Below, in pieces: positions 39,032 through 46,091 of a DNA stretch of 46,091 bases. The stretch covers positions 1 through 46,091 of IMG/VR virus record IMGVR_UViG_3300028599_000007; one strand, given 5' to 3'. The position numbers and the translations under genes were made by a program. Within the stretch, counting starts at the first letter, position 1, and each line of letters opens with the position of its first letter. The notes beneath the pieces are model-generated. The model saw only the letters and a program-made list of their open reading frames with translations, was not told the DNA's origin and searched no databases. Source of the stretch: a virus. Its lineage: Duplodnaviria; Caudoviricetes.

Positions 39032-41162
39032 TCAAAAATCCTCTATAGTTAGTACAGTAGCACCTACTTGTTTACAATATGGAGTAACATCATCAGGATT
39101 TCTAGCATAAAGCCATTTGACTGTCAAATCAGGCATCTCAATTTTAACTTTATATTTAATGTCTTGTTCTATCAATTTCTTTCTAAGTTTAGCAATATTG
39201 TCTTTTGACCATCCTTTAGTCGTAATATCTAACCCTCTTTTCATATATTATCTAATAAAATAAAGTATAAAAATACTCACTTTTCACTTTAACACGTACA
39301 AATCTTACTGTAGTTTATGAGTAAAAAATGACTTTATTCATGTTGGATCTTCCCACAATGCCTGCATTTCAACGTGCATTTGTCACATAGTTCCCAAGGG
39401 TCCCATCCATGAGGACACGCATCATTAGTCAAAATGAGTCACTTTCATTCCTGGTTTTTATTGCTGGTAGACCTTCTTGAGATATGAATTTCTGACAACC
39501 ACATTTTTGGCCACCATCACAATATTGTTTTGTATCATCATGTAAGTGTCCACATTGGCAGCAATGATTTGGATGATAAACAGAATAACATTCAGAGTAT
39601 GGCCTCATTAAGAAACGTGCATATTGGCTACAAAGATCACATTCTTCTTCAGTCAAATCTAGTTATTCTCCCACAATCATCACAGACCATGATGAGTTTA
39701 CCCCAGTTATTCATACTTGTTATATCATGCATGTTTACACTCTTACAGAACTTGCAGATTTTTTCAGCCATCTAACCATTTCTCCTTTCATAGTCTTCAC
39801 AACTGCCTGCCTTTCCTGATTTGATATCCTTTGATGTGGCTCCGCAATATTCGCAGATACCTGTCCCATTAGTAGAATGCAATCTCATTTCTCCAGCACA
39901 ATGTAAATCAAGAGGATCCATCTAATCCCTTTCCTTCATTCCTTTTAGTGGGAAATAATTTCCACCATCTACGGTTACACCTGCTTGAATTAATCCATAT
40001 GAGACATAGTTACAATCTGGACTAAGACACTCCTGCTCGATACTTGGACCCAATTTGCGTAATTCGTCATAGCTTGGACTGCCATATCTTTTTGACTTGA
40101 ATTTTCCTTCTATAGCTAGTTTCATTATTTCTTTGCGAGATTGGCAATAATGGCAAATAGGGCATTCAAATACGTAATCATTAGGATCATCTCCAAACTT
40201 TTCTTGTGCAATTTGTAAATATTCTTCTTTCTTCATGGTATCACACTCATCTTTTGTCCTTTAAAATCTAAATTCACAATATTTTTTTCACATCGTATAC
40301 ACCATACTTGAAATCCTTTTTTGGTCCAACCACATTCTGTTCTTGCCCAGTCACGAGGACTGATATCTGCAGGTCTTTCTGGCATGCAAGTGTTACAATG
40401 AAAGTACATGCCAATATCACTGTCTTCGTATTTACCTTTCATATTGCTAGACACTCCATCTTTGCCACCAAGGGAGTTTTGATTTCCATTCAAGATAAGC
40501 CAAGAAGGCATCATATCTTGGGATTTGTTTTGGTGGACCTCTCACATATGCAGGGGAATCTATTACTTTAGATGTCATCCTATATGATGCGCAAATGTAT
40601 GTTGGTTTGGATTCTCTAAATGATTCAATCCTAACTGGTCCATCTGCAAGTTTGTCACTGTGTTCTTTTTTCATTTAATCATCATTTCCTTTTTCATCTT
40701 TCTCATAATATTCCGTAATTATATTAATAACAATATCAGTCATCTTTACGATTCCCTTTCCATTCTCATGCAGTCGAAGCTGATGCTTTAGAAGTGATAC
40801 GCCAACAAACTCATTTAGAACTATTGTTAACCTGTCTGGCTTGTGTTTTTTGGTTGATGATTTACTTTTCATTTCCATTGGCAGCTCTTCCATTCATTAG
40901 CTCCACAGACTCATTATACAGTTTCAGGTTTTTGAACTTTTTGCTGAATCTTAAGCTCGACAGAAACCTCTGCGCAGTCTGTATCTGGATCTTCAAGCCA
41001 TTCAACTTTTTTCTCCAATAGATGAAATGTTTCCATAACCTGGGTGGGGTCACTTGAATCAAATATTTCAACTATCTTTGCCTTTGATCTTACGATAACT
41101 TCCTTTGGATGGTTGAAACTCCTTACTGTGTTTTGGTTTTGGTCAACAACTTTAATTTTCAT
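39032..41162 (-). other. Leftward early operon of small genes (39032-39244, 39429-39656, 39922-40236, 40233-40514, 40447-40674, 40675-40893 RHH-like, 40914-41162)
   Basis: Closely packed ORFs, several CxxC; DRLTIVLNE...KMTDIVINII RHH-like pattern. Confidence 0.55.
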
Positions 41163-41267
41163 AGTATCTAATCATATCAACACATGTTAATAAATATGTG
41201 TAAACATGTGGGCAATAATGCCCTAATAGACAAATATAAGTATCCATGCGCATATTTCTAGTAAGAT
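41163..41267. promoter_or_regulatory. Divergent promoter/operator region, candidate lysogeny switch
   Basis: Main strand switch of the genome; inverted repeat CACATGTT(41181-41188)...AACATGTG(41203-41210); AT-rich TATA-like boxes. Confidence 0.55.
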
Positions 41268-41465
41268 ATGGCTACTGATAGAAATAAAGGAAATCGACAA
41301 ACTGTGAGTTTATACGATGATACAATCAAGTGTTTAAAAAAAATTGGTAAAATTATGGTTCCAGAAGATGTAAAACCACCAAGTTATGATAGTATAATTT
41401 TAAAGATATCAAAGGACTGGATCAAGCATCATGATTCCGTCAATGATGAGAAACAAAATGGTTGA
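41268..41465 (+). CDS. RHH-like regulator
   Basis: RQTVSLYDDTIKCLKKIG...PSYDSIILKI. Confidence 0.6.
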   Translation: MATDRNKGNRQTVSLYDDTIKCLKKIGKIMVPEDVKPPSYDSIILKISKDWIKHHDSVNDEKQNG

Positions 41466-42881
41466 TCGTACTGAAGACACTAATCAGGAATGCATAGATT
41501 CCCTAATTGAAATAATCAGAGTTGTGAAAGAAACCAAAGCTCAATTGAAACTATACGAACAGGTTTTGATAGAATCACAAAATGAATTTATCAGAAGATT
41601 TGCAAAAGAGTCACAAATTGAATTTCTCAAAAGGTTTGCAAAAGTGAAGTGATTAGATGAGTAACGAAACAGAAAATCAAATCACCACTAAACAAATGCA
41701 GCAATATTTTGAGAACAATGATGTCACTACTGCGGATATTTCATTTCTAATGGGAATGTATTCTGCTAAACATCCTAAAGATAAGAATTGGAATGATATC
41801 GTACAATACTATATTTTGAAACTTCAAGATGATTGGTATGGCACATATCTCAAAAAAGAACCAGAATATACCACTGACAAGAAAGAATGGATAGGCGTAA
41901 AGAAAGATGGGAATTAAAATTAGTGAACCAGTAATTGATGAAGAAGGAGGCTCCATTTCTGTCAGTATAGACTATGATGTAGGAAAGAAAGACTGTGATC
42001 ATGTGTGGTACAAATCACTATTACTTTTTGTAAAGACATGTGACAAATGTGGAAGAATAGAACCATTAGAGGATGAAGATTCCAAATGAAGACACAAAAA
42101 GAAATAGAGGAAAAATATGAAGAGCTCAATGAACGAATGAGAAAACAATCACCTTGGAACTTCTTTGGAATTGCATCAACTGACGGTCAGAGATACATAC
42201 TGGAATGGGTGTTGAGTGATGAAGAATAATGCCTGAATACGCAGGAGATCACAGACAATGTGATTGTTGTGAAATGGCAAAGTACACAAGTCAAGATATT
42301 TCATGGAATCCAAAATGTGTACTGTGTGGAAAAGACCTGGTAAATGCAAAGAAGGGAGATTTTTTTAAATGAAGAGTGATTGGCAATGCTCCCATTGTTT
42401 TAAGACATATAATTTTGAAGAATGGAGAAATCTGAAAACAGTATGGATAGATGAGAATCAAAGGCAATATGGAAAGACTATGGCCTGCACGTGTGGAAAG
42501 TTATTTCATGTAGACAAGTGGAAATTGAGGACAAGGCACAAACTGGGATATATTGTATCAACTGTACATCTTGAGCTTGCACATCCTAGTAACATGAATT
42601 TTTCAACACTAGATGAAGAAACAATGTGGTATGAGACCATGATATTTACAGCTGACAAGGCAGGGAAAACTCTTAATTTTCAAGTTCGATATCCAGACCA
42701 GAAAAGTGCAATAGAGGGACACATACTGACATACAAGATGCTGCCAAGAATTGCTGAGAAACCAGAAGATTTCCCACAAGATGAAATCAAAATATTTCTT
42801 GATGTGTTAGATAGAGACGAATACCAGGAAGAAAAAGAAGAATTTCAGAATACTATATTTAGAAAAGAAAAGAAGGTTTAA
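41431..42881 (+). other. Rightward operon of small hypothetical genes (41431-41652, 41657-41917, 41907-42089, 42369-42881)
   Basis: Abutting + strand ORFs; the 170-aa one has CSHC/CTC and VSTVHL..WYETMIF motifs. Confidence 0.6.
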
Positions 42882-43204
42882 GCCTTTTTGGTGGCTTTTG
42901 TGATTCCGCTTAATGCTGCTTTGAATCCGTTCTTTGCAAGAATATCAAATCCTGCAACAGTTGCAACCAAAGCTGCTAGAATCATAAATAATTCCACATC
43001 ACCAATACCTTCAGCCAGGTTGTTTACGGTATTGCCCACAAATGCAATTCCAGTGAACACAGCAATCATAGCGGAAGCTGCAGCTTGTCTTAGATCAAAT
43101 GACTCTATGCCATTTTTGAGAAATCCAAAGATGTTTTGCAGAAGTACCCCAGTTACAGTAATTATTACGATTACTCCAATTGGGTCTAATCCGAATATTT
43201 GCAT
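42878..43204 (-). CDS. Three-TM small membrane protein, holin-like
   Basis: Three hydrophobic segments, basic C-terminus, late motif 41 bp upstream. Confidence 0.55.
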   Translation of the reverse strand: MQIFGLDPIGVIVIITVTGVLLQNIFGFLKNGIESFDLRQAAASAMIAVFTGIAFVGNTVNNLAEGIGDVELFMILAALVATVAGFDILAKNGFKAALSGITKATKKA

Positions 43205-43299
43205 TGATCAATTCCCAGAAAAAATGCATATAGAGATTGTTTTTTTCTTATTAATTTTTCTCAGAGTAGACATTCACTTAACAGTCCAAGATAACCCTA

Positions 43300-43518
43300 T
43301 TGTTTATGAACTGGAAGAAAAGATTTGCAAAGATAATGGGCTCGTACATCACGGGATACAGTGGAGGTCTTGCATTACTATTTCCGCTTACTGCACTTAA
43401 TGACTGGAGACTTGACTGGCTATCGTTTGTAACCTATCCTGCAATTGCAGGCATATTGGTCGCAGGTCCGCAGTTAGGAAAAACTTTAATCGAATATGGA
43501 GTAACTGAAGAAGAATGA
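43300..43518 (+). CDS. Two-TM small membrane protein
   Basis: GGLALLFPLTAL and LSFVTYPAIAGILVAG. Confidence 0.6.
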   Translation: MFMNWKKRFAKIMGSYITGYSGGLALLFPLTALNDWRLDWLSFVTYPAIAGILVAGPQLGKTLIEYGVTEEE

Positions 43519-43631
43519 GCTTCATGAATTTCATAAGGAGGAATTTCTTCATCAGGAAAGCTGGTGAGTTAGAAATGACTGCATTTGCAATGTTTTGTGA
43601 AATGTTTGATCCACACGATGACTGAAAGATA

Positions 43632-44045
43632 TTAGTCAGCCGTTACCTTGATGAGCAAATCTTGTAGTTTGTTATACACCTGACCGTGAATGTTTACACT
43701 CAATGTTTCAGGCTTTGACTTTGTGAATATTTCCTGCAAGTCCAGTATCTCCTGTTTTTCTACTTGCCATTGTCCCTTGTCAGTTAGCATCTTGGTTCTG
43801 ACTTTTCCCAAGAGTCGTGATAGCTTGCTCATTTCCTCAACGTTCTCTGGCTTTCTTGTGTTGATAAGGCCGATAAGTGCTGCGCCTACTGTAAAATCAG
43901 GATAAGGTGCAAGTACTTGTGCAGGAGTTAATTTTTTGAGATCTTCTGGGGATCTGTCTTCTTTACTGCCATCTTTAAGATTTGTTCCATCGGGATTTAG
44001 TATGACATCTTTGAGATTTAGGATTGCAGTTTTTTCTGTAGGCAT
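43632..44045 (-). CDS. Hypothetical protein near the fibre gene
   Basis: 137-aa ORF. Confidence 0.65.
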   Translation of the reverse strand: MPTEKTAILNLKDVILNPDGTNLKDGSKEDRSPEDLKKLTPAQVLAPYPDFTVGAALIGLINTRKPENVEEMSKLSRLLGKVRTKMLTDKGQWQVEKQEILDLQEIFTKSKPETLSVNIHGQVYNKLQDLLIKVTAD

Positions 44046-44148
44046 TTCTTAATAGGAATATTTTGAAAAGTTATTAATAATTTACTTATTTCTTAATAAG
44101 AATTATTGGTTCTAAATATTTTAATACGATAATATTTCTTAATAAGAA

Positions 44149-44727
44149 ATGAGACTGATTCTTTCTTCTATAGTTGTTTTTACAGTGGCATTATCAATAT
44201 TATCGGCATCAGTATATGCACAACAAAATGAAGTAACAATTCCAGCATGGGTTAAGGGAGTCGCAAACTTTTGGGCTGAAGATAACATCAGTGATAGTGA
44301 ATATGCAGAGTCACTTACATTTTTGATTCAACAGGGAATTATCAAAATTGATTCTGAAGCAATGCCTCAAGCATCACAAATTTCCCTAGCTGATGAAGAA
44401 AAGAGGCTTTACGAATTAGAATTAGATCAAAAAGATGATAAAATCAATATATTGGAGAATGACCTTGAAGATACTGGATTGGACAACTCAAAATTACTCC
44501 AGAACATAGTTGAAAAAGATCAGGAAATTGAACATTTACAAGATGCACTTACTGCGTCTGATGAAAAGTTTGAGAATTGGAAGAAAGACAATCCTGTTAA
44601 AACTGGAAACATTGGTGGTAAAATGATCAATGCCGAGACAATAAAAGAAATGGAAGATGAAATTGATAAACTTAAGCAGACCAATGCAGAACTTGAAGAA
44701 GAGATACGTGAATTAAAATCCAAATAG
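44149..44727 (+). CDS. Secreted protein with Nitrosopumilus-type IPxWxK domain and coiled coil
   Basis: Signal peptide (..SASVYA); IPAWVKGVANFWAEDNISDSEYAESLTFLIQQGIIKI; acidic coiled coil. Confidence 0.75.
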   Translation: MRLILSSIVVFTVALSILSASVYAQQNEVTIPAWVKGVANFWAEDNISDSEYAESLTFLIQQGIIKIDSEAMPQASQISLADEEKRLYELELDQKDDKINILENDLEDTGLDNSKLLQNIVEKDQEIEHLQDALTASDEKFENWKKDNPVKTGNIGGKMINAETIKEMEDEIDKLKQTNAELEEEIRELKSK

Positions 44728-44730
44728 AAT

Positions 44731-46091
44731 CTAGTTTCCTAGATTTAGATTTCTCAATGCAGTGACAACTTGTATCAATGATGCTCCCACTGGTATTGTC
44801 TGCCTTGCAACAGGTGTTCCACCAAAGAATCCAATCAATGCACCGTTTGCATCTGATGTGCCTCCCTCAATATCTATTCCTGAGACAAGGGTTCCATCAG
44901 AAACTACGCCAAGTTGCACCAGTCCATCTTCTGTTCCACTTGTTATGTCCTGAGAACTGACAGATATTCTACCATAAACCTCATCAGAGCTAGCGGAATT
45001 TTCTGCCATAAAGTCAATGTTTCCCAAGGTTCTGCCATCTGCAGGAGTGTTATTGTTTTGGATTATTTGCAAAACCATTGCAGCGGAATCTATTGTCTCG
45101 GTTCTCCAAGTTGTCGTGGTGTCATTTACGTCAATGGTTGGGTTTGTTCTGCTTGCACCAGTCCATAATTCAACACTATCACCTAGGTTTTCAGATACTA
45201 TTTGGATGGATGTGGCTTGTGCATTAATCGCATGCTGTCTTCCAGATTGTAGGAATTCAATTACATCCTCGTCAATTCTAAAAAATGCATCTCCATTAAT
45301 GTAAAAGTCATGAGTGTTTCCATTCTCAGTTAAATATTTCATACCTCCTGCATCTGCCATTATTGCTTCCCTATTGCCAACTGCAGCTCCAGGGAAAAAC
45401 AGAACCTCTTCAACAAACGCATCGTCCCAAATATTTGATGCGCCTCCGAGATGGAGTGTTCCAGTAGGTACTGGAAGAAGACTTTGGTTTATTGCAGTAG
45501 TGATAAGATTAGACAAGGCAGTATTTGCGCCAACTGCTCCACCAGGAGGCGCAGCCCATGTTCCATCGGCTCGTAAGAAATTTGTAGTTCCTCCACCAGA
45601 ACCTGGAGCTACTCCCTGCAATGAAGTTGTAAAGATGTTAAGTAATGTTGTAGCTTGAGTCCCAGTTAACTCTTCTGTGTTTCCAGCTCCTGCAGTAATT
45701 CTTCCAAGGAATCTGGACGTTGCAGAAACATTTTGCATCTTTGCATATGTTACAGTGTCATTTGGAATCGTAGCTACTCCAGCTGCATTTAGTGTTATGT
45801 CACCTGAAACTGTGGTGTTATCCCATGTATCCACACCATCGTAAATTGGAAGTTGTCCTGCAGATGGTGTAACAATGTCGGTGTCGGTGAGTGCTGCAAA
45901 CGTGGTTGCAGCTACACTGGCTGAAAGATTTCTTACAGCGCCACCTGAAAATACCAATACATCATCTCCATTTCTTCTGAATTGTCCGTTTACAGTTGGA
46001 TCGGTTGCAGCATCAGTGAAAAACAACTGGTCATCAGCTTGTAAGATATTTGCAACTATAGCGTCAATGTTTAACTGGCCAGAGCTTGCGC
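44731..46091 (-). CDS. 3' part of the large tail fibre/adhesin gene (continuation of 2795-1)
   Basis: Same frame and peptide as the end of the 2795-1 ORF; C-terminus IGFFGGTPVARQT..LRNLNLGN. Confidence 0.85.
   Translation of the reverse strand, partial: ASSGQLNIDAIVANILQADDQLFFTDAATDPTVNGQFRRNGDDVLVFSGGAVRNLSASVAATTFAALTDTDIVTPSAGQLPIYDGVDTWDNTTVSGDITLNAAGVATIPNDTVTYAKMQNVSATSRFLGRITAGAGNTEELTGTQATTLLNIFTTSLQGVAPGSGGGTTNFLRADGTWAAPPGGAVGANTALSNLITTAINQSLLPVPTGTLHLGGASNIWDDAFVEEVLFFPGAAVGNREAIMADAGGMKYLTENGNTHDFYINGDAFFRIDEDVIEFLQSGRQHAINAQATSIQIVSENLGDSVELWTGASRTNPTIDVNDTTTTWRTETIDSAAMVLQIIQNNNTPADGRTLGNIDFMAENSASSDEVYGRISVSSQDITSGTEDGLVQLGVVSDGTLVSGIDIEGGTSDANGALIGFFGGTPVARQTIPVGASLIQVVTALRNLNLGN

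Larger units (their letters stand above)
1..46091. mobile_element. Near-complete circular genome of a temperate tailed archaeal virus, probable Nitrosopumilaceae host
   Basis: Full head/tail/terminase gene set, integrase, overlapping ends (1-110 = 45776-45885), thaumarchaeal-type genes, and tightly packed ATGA-overlapping genes. Confidence 0.9.

Noticed and set aside
45776-46091. End repeats as DGR template/variable repeats or true terminal repeats
   Set aside because: No reverse transcriptase recognised and mismatches are not adenine-specific; the repeats lie mid-gene, consistent with assembly overlap on a circular sequence
1-46091. tRNA genes and auxiliary metabolic genes such as amoC
   Set aside because: None recognised by eye; tRNAscan-SE and HMM searches would be needed to exclude them

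Overview
The window is an apparently complete, circularly permuted genome (~45.8 kb once the end overlap is removed) of a temperate tailed archaeal virus (Caudoviricetes). The host is most likely an ammonia-oxidising Nitrosopumilaceae/Nitrososphaerota archaeon, judged from two host-like genes at 31979-32377 and 44149-44727. Almost all genes are on the - strand. The morphogenesis block contains portal, MuF-like minor head protein, prohead protease, scaffold, decoration protein, HK97-type capsid, short tail genes, a CBM-bearing hub and a fibre gene that runs across the contig ends and is missing from the ORF track. The packaging block has a terminase split into a stand-alone ATPase and two separate RNase-H-like nuclease genes, an XPB-like helicase, a second 1258-aa fibre and an adaptor. 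The early region carries many small Zn-finger and RHH genes, an Hjc-like resolvase, a ParB-methyltransferase fusion with an adjacent nuclease, a tyrosine integrase and a divergent switch. Most notable: (i) a 27-40 bp repeat with the palindromic core GTGGAGA-A-TCTCCAC, found inside the ParB-MTase gene and at two distant, largely intergenic sites (candidate self-encoded parS loading system for a methylase); (ii) the three-gene terminase; (iii) a small Gly-terminated protein plus a Cys-containing partner; (iv) a TTCTTAwTAA(GAA) motif 40-41 bp upstream of seven late genes; (v) two in-frame alleles of the fibre gene at the contig ends. All product calls come from motif recognition and synteny by eye, not database searches.
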